This document shows positions 15,928-24,817 of a DNA stretch of 64,000 nt, one piece after another. The position numbers and the translations under genes were made by a program. Within the stretch, counting starts at the first letter, position 1; each line of letters opens with the position of its first letter. Below the pieces are notes generated by a model. That model ran no database searches, was not told the DNA's origin, and was given only the letters and a program-made list of their open reading frames with translations. The stretch comes from Coriobacteriaceae bacterium. Its GTDB lineage: Bacteria > Bacillota > Clostridia > Oscillospirales > CAG-272. Location: contig CAVEOF010000003.1 of the NCBI GenBank assembly GCA_963617165.1, positions 11,070-75,069 on the forward strand, written 5' to 3'.

Positions 15928-16155
15928 TTAGTGTTGTTCGTTCGCCGCGCGGAAGTCGTATGCTTCCGACTCCGCCTCTTCCCGATGGCGGAGCACCTCT
16001 GCCACGCACTCGGGCACCTCGACCTCGACGCCTCTCTTGATGAGCCATGTCCGCTCGTTCACAGAGACGAAGACGTCCCCTTCGTCGTTTCTCTCGCGAG
16101 GGATTTTGATCTTCACGAGCTTTTCTTTTTCGATCGTTGCCTTGGATTCTGCCAT
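15928..16155 (-). CDS. Small late protein (75 aa) following the capsid gene
   Basis: ORF with an RBS. A GC hairpin lies downstream at about 15896-15925. Confidence 0.5.
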   Translation of the reverse strand: MAESKATIEKEKLVKIKIPRERNDEGDVFVSVNERTWLIKRGVEVEVPECVAEVLRHREEAESEAYDFRAANEQH

Positions 16156-16211
16156 TTGATTTTCCTCCGTTAAAAATTGCGGGGAGGGAGTGTCCCTCCC
16201 CTATGATGTAC

Positions 16212-17303
16212 TTAGTTTGCCGCGGTCGTATCGTAATCGGGCGAGCAGGATTCCACGCGCACGATGTAATTCGGTACGAGCAGCTCCGCGGTCTTGGTCG
16301 CCTTCCAACCGACGGTCGAGCGCTGATCGAGGGGATCGGACGTACCCGCCGAACCCTTCTGCTTGACGATGGTCTGAAGACCGCCGCCCGTGATCTCGGT
16401 CACGCCGTAGGCGCCCTCGCCGAGGAACAGCGTCGCAAAGACGGAGTGATAGGTCGCGGGAGTATCTCCCGACGCCGCCGTCTTCACCGGGCAGGTGGAG
16501 TCGTTCCACACCTTCGCCTCGGTCGTCTCGACGAAGCGGACGCCGCCGATCTCGCCGATCTCGCCCGCATAGAGGTTTTCGGGAGTCGCGTACTTGTGCG
16601 CGTCGATCCACTCGGGGTCACGCATCAGGTCGTAGGCGACGTAGGGGTGAATGATGGCGACGTACTTGCCGCCGATGGTGGGCGCGTTCTGCCCGCGGAG
16701 CTTCGCGACGACCTTCTGAACCGTCTTGACGGTCAGCTTTGCGCTCGTATCGAGTCCCGATCTCGAGGTCACCGCCGTTTCCGCGGATGCCGCGACCTTC
16801 GAGCAATAGGACACGTTCGTGCCGCCGACGAGGATGTTTCTCGTCACGGTATCGAGCGTGACGCCCGCCTGTCTGCCGAGGAGCTTCGTCGCCTCGAGAA
16901 TGGTATTGTCGAGGGCGGTCAGCTCGAGGACATCGGACTGCTGAATGTAGTCGCCGTACTGGGCAACAGTCGCGGTCACGGCGGTCACGTCGAGTCTCTT
17001 GCCGACGGGCGTGACGCCTTCGGTCAGGGGCGTGGTCGCCTTCGGAAGGGCGGAAAACTTGCGAAATTCGATGGTCTTACCGCCGTTCTTCGGGATCGGT
17101 CTCTTCTGACCGAACTGGTCGTGCACGAGGGCGGCGGATGCCTCGTCGATGAGCGTCATGTCATAGAAGGTCTTCATCTCCGCGGAAAGCCCGTTGGCTC
17201 CGACGGGATCATACGCCCCCGATCTCGTGTCCGTGGTGACGTTGGTGTGCGTGGCGGTATCGGCAAAAAGCTGAAGGTCGACACCTCTCAAAAATTCTTT
17301 CAT
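16212..17303 (-). CDS. Major capsid protein with a Prp-type N-terminal propeptide
   Basis: 363 aa, directly after the scaffold gene. N-terminus is MKEFLRGVDLQLFADTAT. The DLQLFA motif is shared with the scaffold. Confidence 0.75.
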   Translation of the reverse strand: MKEFLRGVDLQLFADTATHTNVTTDTRSGAYDPVGANGLSAEMKTFYDMTLIDEASAALVHDQFGQKRPIPKNGGKTIEFRKFSALPKATTPLTEGVTPVGKRLDVTAVTATVAQYGDYIQQSDVLELTALDNTILEATKLLGRQAGVTLDTVTRNILVGGTNVSYCSKVAASAETAVTSRSGLDTSAKLTVKTVQKVVAKLRGQNAPTIGGKYVAIIHPYVAYDLMRDPEWIDAHKYATPENLYAGEIGEIGGVRFVETTEAKVWNDSTCPVKTAASGDTPATYHSVFATLFLGEGAYGVTEITGGGLQTIVKQKGSAGTSDPLDQRSTVGWKATKTAELLVPNYIVRVESCSPDYDTTAAN

Positions 17304-17363
17304 GTTAAAATCTCCTTTGTTTTTTAAGTTTTTTGACGGATAAGGAGATTTCGGATCTGCCTC

Positions 17364-18305
17364 TTAAAAGCGGATCTTCTCTCCCCTTGCGACCCTGCGG
17401 ATGATCTCCGCACGGTCTTCTTTCGTAAGCTGTGACACGTCGCTTTTAATGACGGCGGACGCCGAAGAGCCGATGCCGTTTTCCGTCGGTCTCGCTCCGC
17501 CCGCGATGATCCGGTTGACCGTCTTCTGCTCTGCCTGCTTGGCGGCAAAGCCCATGGCGGCGGGGATGATCTCATCCTTGTGCACCACGGTATACGCCGT
17601 GTCAACGTCGATCCCGCTGCGGAGAAGAGAGGCAAACTGCGGGTTTTTGATCTCTTCGCCGAGATTCAGAGAGGGGTATTTTGCCTTGGCGCGTTCTGCC
17701 TGTTCGATCCACCCGGCATAGATCTTCTTGGCTTCGTCGTCCGCCTTTCGGCTGTCCACCTGCCGTTTCAGCTCGGCGTTTTCTCTCTCCATCTTCTTGA
17801 CTTCCTTGAGCTGTTCCACGGTAAGCCCCCGTTCGAGTGCCTCATCCTCGTAGTAGGAATCGTCCTCTTCGATGGCTTTGACCAGCGCGCCGATATCGGA
17901 CGCGTCGGCGCCGTACTTTTTGGAAAGCATCTCAAGGACGGGAGAGAGCGCCTCGTACTTCTCGACGGTTTCCTTCGTCCCCTTGAGTCTCTTCTGAACG
18001 GTGTCCTGTACCCGCGCGTCGTAAAGGTCTTTGTACTCGCCCTTGATGAGCTTTTCAAATTCCGCGTTGCGATCGGGGGGCGTCGGGACACTGTCCTCGT
18101 CCGTTTTCCCATTGGCGGGATGGGATAGCTCCTCCTGCTTGCCGTATCTGACGCTCGCGAGAGGATTCTTGCTTTCTGCCTTGCTTTGCAGGTCGGAGAC
18201 ACCTGCCGTTACTCCCGTTGTTCCGTCGGCACCTGTGCCACCGTCTCCCGCTCCTTCTGCGAAGAGCTGAAGATCGATGCGACGGAGTTCTTTGCCGTTT
18301 TTCAT
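17364..18305 (-). CDS. Scaffolding protein (313 aa) with a DLQLFA propeptide motif
   Basis: Start at MKNGKELRRIDLQLFAEGAG. Highly charged and helical (KE-rich). Lies between Prp and the capsid gene. Confidence 0.7.
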   Translation of the reverse strand: MKNGKELRRIDLQLFAEGAGDGGTGADGTTGVTAGVSDLQSKAESKNPLASVRYGKQEELSHPANGKTDEDSVPTPPDRNAEFEKLIKGEYKDLYDARVQDTVQKRLKGTKETVEKYEALSPVLEMLSKKYGADASDIGALVKAIEEDDSYYEDEALERGLTVEQLKEVKKMERENAELKRQVDSRKADDEAKKIYAGWIEQAERAKAKYPSLNLGEEIKNPQFASLLRSGIDVDTAYTVVHKDEIIPAAMGFAAKQAEQKTVNRIIAGGARPTENGIGSSASAVIKSDVSQLTKEDRAEIIRRVARGEKIRF

Positions 18306-18360
18306 GTGATGATCCTTTCTGTCCGTCAAGTGGACGATCCTTTTGGTATATATTAAGGCG

Positions 18361-18705
18361 TTACGCCTGACCAAACGATATAAGTGTGACGTGGTGCGGG
18401 TAGCTTTCCGCAAGGAGCGCGTACCCTTCCTCTATCACCCGAAAGACACGGAGAAGCGCCCGATAGGCATCGGAGTCGCCCGCGGTGCAAAGAACGTGCG
18501 CGTCCCCCTCTGCGAGGCGGATCGAAGCATCGAGCCGTTCCCCGCGCTCCCGCGCCGTGTCGACGTTTTTCGCGAGGGTGTAGGTGAGGATCGAGACGGC
18601 GGCGCATACGATGTCCCGCCCCTTTTCTCCGCATCCCGCGTGTCCTTTGACGGTGAGAGACAGGCGTCTTTCCCCGTCGTCCTTTGCAAGGGTGATCTCG
18701 ATCAT
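18361..18705 (-). CDS. prp: Prp-like cysteine protease (ribosomal-processing protease family, DUF464)
   Basis: MIEITL...LTVKGHAGCGEKGRDIVCAAVSILT matches the GHA...D(I/V)VCAAVS signature. ATGA coupling to the upstream gene. Confidence 0.7.
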   Translation of the reverse strand: MIEITLAKDDGERRLSLTVKGHAGCGEKGRDIVCAAVSILTYTLAKNVDTARERGERLDASIRLAEGDAHVLCTAGDSDAYRALLRVFRVIEEGYALLAESYPHHVTLISFGQA

Positions 18706-18986
18706 CGGAACGTCCTCGACGCGTCGGTAAGCTCCGTGTCGGCGGGAAGATAGTCCGCGTTGTCGAAGAGGGCGAGGACGGTCTCCTTCTCCCCCATTCC
18801 GAGCCAATCGAGCACCGCCTCCCTGATCTCTTCGGGCTTCCTTGCCAACCCGTCGTCGAGGTCATACACGTCGAGGTTATCGAAGAACGTTCCCACCGCG
18901 GCGATCGCGGCGCGGAAGCCTTCGACAAACGCGCGGTCTTTCTCGCTCAGCTTGTCCGTTTCTTTTCTGTAATCGGGAATGTACAT
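18702..18986 (-). CDS. Small head-module protein (94 aa)
   Basis: C-terminal part of listed ORF 18702..19613, starting at MYIPDYRK with a GGAG RBS just after the portal stop. Confidence 0.5.
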   Translation of the reverse strand: MYIPDYRKETDKLSEKDRAFVEGFRAAIAAVGTFFDNLDVYDLDDGLARKPEEIREAVLDWLGMGEKETVLALFDNADYLPADTELTDASRTFR

Positions 18987-18997
18987 ATCCGTCTCCT

Positions 18998-21088
18998 TTA
19001 TGTCGGCGAGGTGGACTCTGCCACTCTCTGCCGTGCTTTTTTCGTGGTGGTGCTCTCTGCGCTTCCGCTCTCGCCGCCGAGCGCCTCGGTATCGTCCACC
19101 CGTGCCGCGGGATCGGTACCGTCGATCGGTGCGACGGGTGCGCCGCCCGAGAACTGCGCCATCAGCCCTTCGGCGATGTTGCTTCCGCGGCTCGCGTCGA
19201 CCATCCGAGCGAGCATGAGCATCTGCTGTTGCATCATCTGCATCTGACGGAACATGCCGCCGTTCTCCGCGATCTTCTGCATGACGAAGGTCTTGCGGTC
19301 GAAGTCCATCATGTCGAGACAGGCGAGCGCCTGATCGGCGAGCTGAGGATTGAAAAATCCCGCCTGATAAAACTGCAAGGCAAGCTCGTTTTGGCTCATC
19401 TTGGAATACGGACTCTGCTTCTGCGCGGTCACCTCGATGTCGAAGAGGGGCAGTCTGTACCCCATGTCGACGCCGAAGTCCGTCCCCTGTCCCTGCGGGC
19501 GGATGTTCGCGTTGCTGTATTGCACGTAGCGCGTGGCGCCACTCTCTCCCATGATGCGGAAGCATCGCGGCGTATCGTAAAACTGGCGGATCAGCTCGAT
19601 GCAGAGGATGCACAGCTTTCGGAACGCCCGATAGGACGCCTTGATATTATCGCGGGAGAGCTTCGAGCCTGCCTCCTGCATTGCCGCGATGGCGGACGCC
19701 GCCGTGACGCCGCTCGTCGTTCCTCCCGTGGAGATGTCTCGGTTCCCCGTCGTCTCCTTCAGCTCGTCGATCTTGTTGTTGATGACCGAGACGTAGATGT
19801 CGGAGAGAGGCTTTCCCTGCACGGGCTTGATGCTGTCGTCGCCGAGGTTGCCGTCCACGTGAACGAAGTCCTTCGAGAGGTCGGCATACTCTGCCTCGTT
19901 GACGGAGCCGTCGCTTCGGATGAAGTGCCGCGGCTTCGCGTTGGCGAGCATGTTCTCCATGATCGCCTGATTGCCTTTGTCGATGTACTGTTGCGCGTCC
20001 TTGCCGACGTCGATATATCCGAAGCCCGTCGGCGTCCCTTCCACGGGGAAAAGCACGTCGAAGACAAAGGGATATTCCCCGTGATCGTACCATCCGCGCT
20101 CCGCGAAGGCGGGGTCGTTTTCCGTGGCGAAGAGGACGACGTCATTCACGTACTTGCAATAGTGGAGCACGCGCCGCCCGCCGACGAATTTGCGATAGTA
20201 CCAGTCCACAACGACGGATTTCTCCGAGGTGTCGACCTTATCGTCGTATACGTACTTTGCGATATTGTCGCCGCCCCCGCCGAGCTTCCCCGAGAGTTGC
20301 GGGTATTTTTGCAGAAGCGCATCGTTGTCCGCAAGCTCTACGTGAAAGAGATTCGGGGACTTCTGTATGTCCGTGATCCCCGGCTCCCAAAAGAGATGCA
20401 GAAGGTCGATCTTGCAAAGGGCAATGTCACCGAGACCGCCGAGCTTCGTCTTGTCCCAAAACACGCCGTAAACGCCCGTGCCGGTCTTCAGCTTATACAT
20501 CCATACGTCCGAGTACACCTGCTCGAAGTCGCATTGATCGAGCACCACGGGAACGACGGAGGAGAGCATCTCCGCCTCCGCCCTGTCGCCCTCCTCTCTC
20601 GGGAGAATATTCGGCGACGGGAAGTTGTCCATCGCGTCGGCGTGCTTGTTCGCGATACAGTTGAAGAGCCACGCGGACACGGGCTTGATGCGGTCGTCTT
20701 CGCTCCGCATACATTCCCAGTGACGGAGCTTGTACCATTGCTCGTTGTCGACGATCTTCTGCTCGAGGTTGCTTTTCCCCTCTTTGTACCGATTCAGGAT
20801 GAGGTTCGCGTTCTGAAGCTGTTCTCTTCCGATCGGTTGCTCTATGACGCGAAAGCCGTTCACGGCGCCGTCCGCGAAGACGCCCTGCCCGTTTTGCATT
20901 TGCTCCCGTGCCCGTGCGACATAATCGCTCGCGGTCGGCTGCGGGGCGGACCGATGCCGCATCGTCTGCTCTTCGTAAGGCGCCTGCGCGTCGATGCTCC
21001 GTGATGCGGGGGCTTGTGCGATTGTTTTCTTTCTGATCTCCATTCCGTTCTCCGTCTGCCGCAGGAGCGGCTCATTCGATGATCTCAA
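18998..21088 (-). CDS. Portal protein
   Basis: About 690 aa, immediately after the large terminase. Call rests on size and position. The start could instead be MEIRKK at 21046. Confidence 0.65.
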   Translation of the reverse strand: MRSSNEPLLRQTENGMEIRKKTIAQAPASRSIDAQAPYEEQTMRHRSAPQPTASDYVARAREQMQNGQGVFADGAVNGFRVIEQPIGREQLQNANLILNRYKEGKSNLEQKIVDNEQWYKLRHWECMRSEDDRIKPVSAWLFNCIANKHADAMDNFPSPNILPREEGDRAEAEMLSSVVPVVLDQCDFEQVYSDVWMYKLKTGTGVYGVFWDKTKLGGLGDIALCKIDLLHLFWEPGITDIQKSPNLFHVELADNDALLQKYPQLSGKLGGGGDNIAKYVYDDKVDTSEKSVVVDWYYRKFVGGRRVLHYCKYVNDVVLFATENDPAFAERGWYDHGEYPFVFDVLFPVEGTPTGFGYIDVGKDAQQYIDKGNQAIMENMLANAKPRHFIRSDGSVNEAEYADLSKDFVHVDGNLGDDSIKPVQGKPLSDIYVSVINNKIDELKETTGNRDISTGGTTSGVTAASAIAAMQEAGSKLSRDNIKASYRAFRKLCILCIELIRQFYDTPRCFRIMGESGATRYVQYSNANIRPQGQGTDFGVDMGYRLPLFDIEVTAQKQSPYSKMSQNELALQFYQAGFFNPQLADQALACLDMMDFDRKTFVMQKIAENGGMFRQMQMMQQQMLMLARMVDASRGSNIAEGLMAQFSGGAPVAPIDGTDPAARVDDTEALGGESGSAESTTTKKARQRVAESTSPT

Positions 21089-22538
21089 ATCTTGTCTTCT
21101 TCGGTTTCGCCGTGATGTCCTCCTTCGGGATATCGAGGAACATCGCCATCGGCGACGAAAGGTATTTATCGGGTGCTTTGTTCGCTCTCGCCTTGATCGG
21201 GCGGGACATGCAGAAATACCGCCATTCGTCCGCCTGATGGTCTTCTCCGTCCGTGTCGAGGTCTTCCGTGCGGTTCTCGTCGTAGATCAGCGTCGGGATC
21301 GTCCGAAGGAACGCCCGACACCCCGAGAACACATACATCATCGGGTAGCCGTTCTCGTCGAAGGAGAGGCGGTAGTGACACTGAAGCCACCCCGAGAGGC
21401 GGTCATTGTCCCCCTTGGTGAAATAGACCCGATGCTTTGCCGCGGTCTCCGCGATGGACTCGCCCGTCTGTGCGTTCCATATCGCGGGGTCGGCGACGCC
21501 GATGATCTTCTTCCCTTTGAGCCATCGGTGCTCGCACTCGATCCTGCGGATCTCCGAGAACACCTCGTCGGGGATCATCTCGACGCCCGTGTTCGGTGTC
21601 TTCTTGCACCCGTAATACTCGAGAATGCGATATGCCACGCCGTCGGTATCGACCGCCCACCATCCGACGGAAAAGGGGTGATGATACCCCCAGTCGAAGG
21701 AACGGTAGATCGTCCAGCTTTCGGGAATCTCAAAGGGGGCGATCACATGCGTCCACCGCCTGTCCTCATAGTGCGCGGGGTCGTCCTTCCACTCCGAGAA
21801 ATACTGTCCCGTGTAGGAATTCCAGTCCCCGTACAAAAGCGCGTTTTTCTCCGCCTCGGGCATGGAGGCGAGCCTTGTGAGATACCCCGGGTCATTGGCG
21901 AGCAGGATCTTGTTATCGAAGACCGACGAGGGGACGAAGATGCGGGAACGGCGTCTTCTTTCCACTCTCCCGTCGGGGAAAGTGACGTCGACATCCTCCC
22001 ATATCGTCGTCATCGGCTTCGCCGCCGTGATGAACCTGTCCTTGACCCACCCGTGCCCGATGCCGCCGGGGTTGGCGGTCGCCCGAATATAGCACCTTGT
22101 GCCCTCCCCGTTCGGGCGGTTACGGGAGGAAAGGTAGATGTATTCGTCGTAGGTAAAGTGCGTCAGCTCATCGAACGCGATGAAGTCGTACGCCTTGCCT
22201 TGATAGTTGGTCTTGTCCTGCGAGTGTTGCATCGAGCCGAAGATGATCTTCGCCCCGCTCGGAAAGCGCCATGTGTGGTCGGTGCCGTTGTACCTTGCCC
22301 CGGGGAACGCCTGCGGGTAATACTTCAGGGACTTGTCGATCAGCTCGGTGAGTTGCGGATAGGTCTTGCGCAGGATCAGTCCCTTGTAGTGGGGAATGTG
22401 CACCTGCCTTGTCGCCTCGATCACGAGCGCGTCGCTCTTCCCTCCGCCCGCGGCACCGCCGTACAGCGCCTCGTCCTCGGGACGGGACATGAAAGCGAGT
22501 TGTCGCGGTTGCGGCTCCCATACGATACGGTCAGGCAT
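21072..22538 (-). CDS. terL: Terminase large subunit
   Basis: Walker A motif LYGGAAGGGKSDA. Start taken at MPDRIVWEPQ, overlapping the terS stop. Confidence 0.85.
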   Translation of the reverse strand: MPDRIVWEPQPRQLAFMSRPEDEALYGGAAGGGKSDALVIEATRQVHIPHYKGLILRKTYPQLTELIDKSLKYYPQAFPGARYNGTDHTWRFPSGAKIIFGSMQHSQDKTNYQGKAYDFIAFDELTHFTYDEYIYLSSRNRPNGEGTRCYIRATANPGGIGHGWVKDRFITAAKPMTTIWEDVDVTFPDGRVERRRRSRIFVPSSVFDNKILLANDPGYLTRLASMPEAEKNALLYGDWNSYTGQYFSEWKDDPAHYEDRRWTHVIAPFEIPESWTIYRSFDWGYHHPFSVGWWAVDTDGVAYRILEYYGCKKTPNTGVEMIPDEVFSEIRRIECEHRWLKGKKIIGVADPAIWNAQTGESIAETAAKHRVYFTKGDNDRLSGWLQCHYRLSFDENGYPMMYVFSGCRAFLRTIPTLIYDENRTEDLDTDGEDHQADEWRYFCMSRPIKARANKAPDKYLSSPMAMFLDIPKEDITAKPKKTRFEIIE

Positions 22539-23025
22539 CGTCGTCGCCCGCCTTCTCGCAAGACACTGCGGGGAGTACAAGGACGCCGTATTGTTCGCCC
22601 GTATTCTCTTCCGTCGTGCTCTCACGCTTCAGCTTCTCGATCCTTGCGATCTGCTCCTGCCTATCAAGCTCCGCCTTCAGACCCTTGATCTCTCGGAGAT
22701 CCTTCAGGGCGCCCGTAATATCGCGATATCCTCGACCCGCGACGGCGACGGCAAGAGACCCGTCGTCGATCCCGTCGCTGATCATCTGTAGCAGTTTGTC
22801 CGCGATGGACTCAAACATCTCCGCGCGCTTTGCCGACTGACTTGCCACGGATTCCACGATTTTTGCATTCGCTTTGGTTTCGCTTTGCTTCCGCAAGTCT
22901 GCCCATTTCTCACCGATTGCTCGTCTGGTGACGGAGCTGAGCGAAACTCCGTATTTCGCGGCAAGTTTGCGGTAACTTGTCCCACCTCGGATATACTCTG
23001 CCTTGATCTTTTTGAAATCCGGCAT
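22531..23025 (-). CDS. terS: Terminase small subunit (HTH-containing)
   Basis: MPDFKKIKAEYIRGGTSYRKLAAKYGVSLSSVTRRA, located upstream of terL. Confidence 0.7.
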   Translation of the reverse strand: MPDFKKIKAEYIRGGTSYRKLAAKYGVSLSSVTRRAIGEKWADLRKQSETKANAKIVESVASQSAKRAEMFESIADKLLQMISDGIDDGSLAVAVAGRGYRDITGALKDLREIKGLKAELDRQEQIARIEKLKRESTTEENTGEQYGVLVLPAVSCEKAGDDDA

Positions 23026-23047
23026 AGCATACCTCCTTTATGTTGCT

Positions 23048-23094
23048 ATTATAAAACGCGCCCCCCTCGAAACTAAATCCCACCCCCCTCAAAA
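23048..23094 (-). promoter_or_regulatory. Candidate late promoter: TATAAT -10, weak -35, and two CCCCCCTC(G/A)AAA direct repeats upstream
   Basis: -10 at 23048..23053 (minus strand). Repeats at 23061..23072 and 23083..23094. Confidence 0.35.
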
Positions 23095-23104
23095 AATTTT
23101 CAAA

Positions 23105-23131
23105 CAAAAAAGAGGGCGCCGAAGCACCCTC
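23105..23131 (-). terminator. Rho-independent terminator ending the early operon
   Basis: Minus-strand GAGGGTGC-TTCG-GCGCCCTC stem followed by TTTTTTG. Confidence 0.7.
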
Positions 23132-23142
23132 GTTTTGCGGGT

Positions 23143-23727
23143 TTATATGAGTCCCTCCACATAGCACCAAGACTGCGGGGGACGGTATAAATACGCACGA
23201 TCCTTTTTGTCTGCAACGCATTCGCAACAAGGGTATTCCGCTGCGGAGCATTCGTGGTGAACACAACCGACACAATAATCGCACTCATCGTATTTATGAA
23301 CATAAAAATCGCCAAGTTCCCGCGGCTTGTCGTAGATTTTGAGGTCGGAGATGTGCCAAGCGTAACAATACTTTCCGTTCGCGTATTCGTGCAATTCCTC
23401 TTCTGTCAAGCACGCCATTCCGACAAGTTGTTTTTCGATCTCATGCAGTCCCACGCGTAATAGACTCCGATCATCTGTGCAAACGTTGTAAAGTGGCGTT
23501 ATGCAATCGCACACAAACTCGCCGATAACCTGCCCGCGCCCCGTGTAAAGCACATGCCCGTCCTCGTCGACGAATGTCGGCATATCCGACCGCGCTTTTG
23601 TCTCGTATATGTAGCACTTGAACGGCGTTTTAATCTCCGGTCGCGTCTTGCGCACCTCTATCGTCTTCTTGCCGCTCGCTATGAGGTCACACCACTTCGG
23701 GTGTATGCTGATAAGTACAGATTTCAT
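23143..23727 (-). CDS. ASCH (PUA-like) domain protein with a Cys-rich C-terminus
   Basis: MKSVLISIHPKWCDLIASGKKTIEVRKTRP is a typical ASCH N-terminus. The C-terminus has CDYCVGC...CCEC. Confidence 0.6.
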   Translation of the reverse strand: MKSVLISIHPKWCDLIASGKKTIEVRKTRPEIKTPFKCYIYETKARSDMPTFVDEDGHVLYTGRGQVIGEFVCDCITPLYNVCTDDRSLLRVGLHEIEKQLVGMACLTEEELHEYANGKYCYAWHISDLKIYDKPRELGDFYVHKYDECDYCVGCVHHECSAAEYPCCECVADKKDRAYLYRPPQSWCYVEGLI

Positions 23728-24056
23728 TTCTTCACGGTCGCCTCCCCGTAAAGATCTATATTTTCATATTCCGCCCGAATCTCCAATACATCAAGGTATT
23801 GACGCATACAATGTTCTTGATTTTCTAATACAAAAATCGGGCAATCGGTATTAAATTCAAGCGTATTCGCTCTGTATCGAGTGAGCATCCGGTGCAGCTT
23901 TTCCATGCGCGTTTTTGTTTGAAAATACTCTGCCTTGAATCTTTCTTTGTAATCACCGCTTTCCATCATCTTTGTGGTTTCTTTGAGTTCCATTTTATTT
24001 TCTCCTTCTGTTTTCTTTCCGTTTTGTCTGCTGAAAATTATTTTGATTTTTTTCAT
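23724..24056 (-). CDS. Hypothetical early protein
   Basis: ORF with ATGA coupling. An alternative start is MELKETT. Confidence 0.45.
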   Translation of the reverse strand: MKKIKIIFSRQNGKKTEGENKMELKETTKMMESGDYKERFKAEYFQTKTRMEKLHRMLTRYRANTLEFNTDCPIFVLENQEHCMRQYLDVLEIRAEYENIDLYGEATVKK

Positions 24057-24343
24057 TTTAGGGCTTGACTTTTTTTAGCAGGTCTTTCTTCAAGTGCCTT
24101 TTCGGCTTCTTCGACGTCAAACAATCGCAAGGCATCGCTTTCCGTAAATGCGGTCGCCAAGACATTCCAATGGTCTACCGTGCACCTCTCGCCGTTTCTT
24201 ATGAGCACATCGCCCTTTTTACACGGCAGACGCACCCATTCGGATTTGTCGGTGAAGCATTTCCAGCGCGATATATCATCATCGCCATCATTCTTTATGA
24301 ATTGTCTGCACGCTTCATAATGCAAACAGTCTTTACATGTCAT
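24053..24343 (-). CDS. Hypothetical Cys-containing early protein
   Basis: ORF, translationally coupled on both sides. Confidence 0.45.
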   Translation of the reverse strand: MTCKDCLHYEACRQFIKNDGDDDISRWKCFTDKSEWVRLPCKKGDVLIRNGERCTVDHWNVLATAFTESDALRLFDVEEAEKALEERPAKKSQALK

Positions 24344-24633
24344 TCACTCTCGCCTCCGTCCATCTTCGCGCCGCACCACGGGCAATAGGTATATCTCGTG
24401 CGGATCATGTTTGCGGTCTGCCCGCAAAGTGAGCAGACACGGCGATAGCTCCATGTAGAGGTCGGCACGGTACGAAGCCACTTCCCGTGCTTCACTTCCT
24501 GCACATCGGCGGTGGGTGCATTATCCAACATTTGCATGATTTTATAAATTTTCATGCTTTCATCAGAAATCATTCCGTGATACTCGTCCATCAGTTTGGC
24601 GTTAATTCTATCCGCGTCAATGTATCTGCTCAT
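24340..24633 (-). CDS. Hypothetical protein with a C-terminal zinc ribbon
   Basis: Start MSRYIDAD with an AGGAGGG RBS. Has CSLCG...CPWCG. Confidence 0.5.
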   Translation of the reverse strand: MSRYIDADRINAKLMDEYHGMISDESMKIYKIMQMLDNAPTADVQEVKHGKWLRTVPTSTWSYRRVCSLCGQTANMIRTRYTYCPWCGAKMDGGESE

Positions 24634-24817
24634 CGCTTGCCCTCCTGTTCCACGCTTCGAGCGCCAAAGATCGGTTATCACAGACTTTTGTTCTGCACCC
24701 GCAAAACATGCATTGCAAATAGCATTTTTCTTCTCGTTTCATTGTGTATGGATTATAACTAAATACATATTGCGGTAAATATTCGCCGCAAAAAGGGCAA
24801 TTGCGCAGTTCATTCAT
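24617..24817 (-). CDS. lar: Lar-family restriction-alleviation-like protein
   Basis: MNELRNCPFCG...CMFCGC...ALEAWNRRA matches the CPFCG / CxxCG / A..WNrR pattern of the Lar family. Confidence 0.6.
   Translation of the reverse strand: MNELRNCPFCGEYLPQYVFSYNPYTMKREEKCYLQCMFCGCRTKVCDNRSLALEAWNRRASDEQIH

Noticed and set aside
18702-19613. 303-aa ORF overlapping the portal gene
   Set aside because: Only the last 94 codons, downstream of the portal stop and with their own RBS, look genuine. The remainder is an out-of-frame overlap with Arg/His-rich composition.
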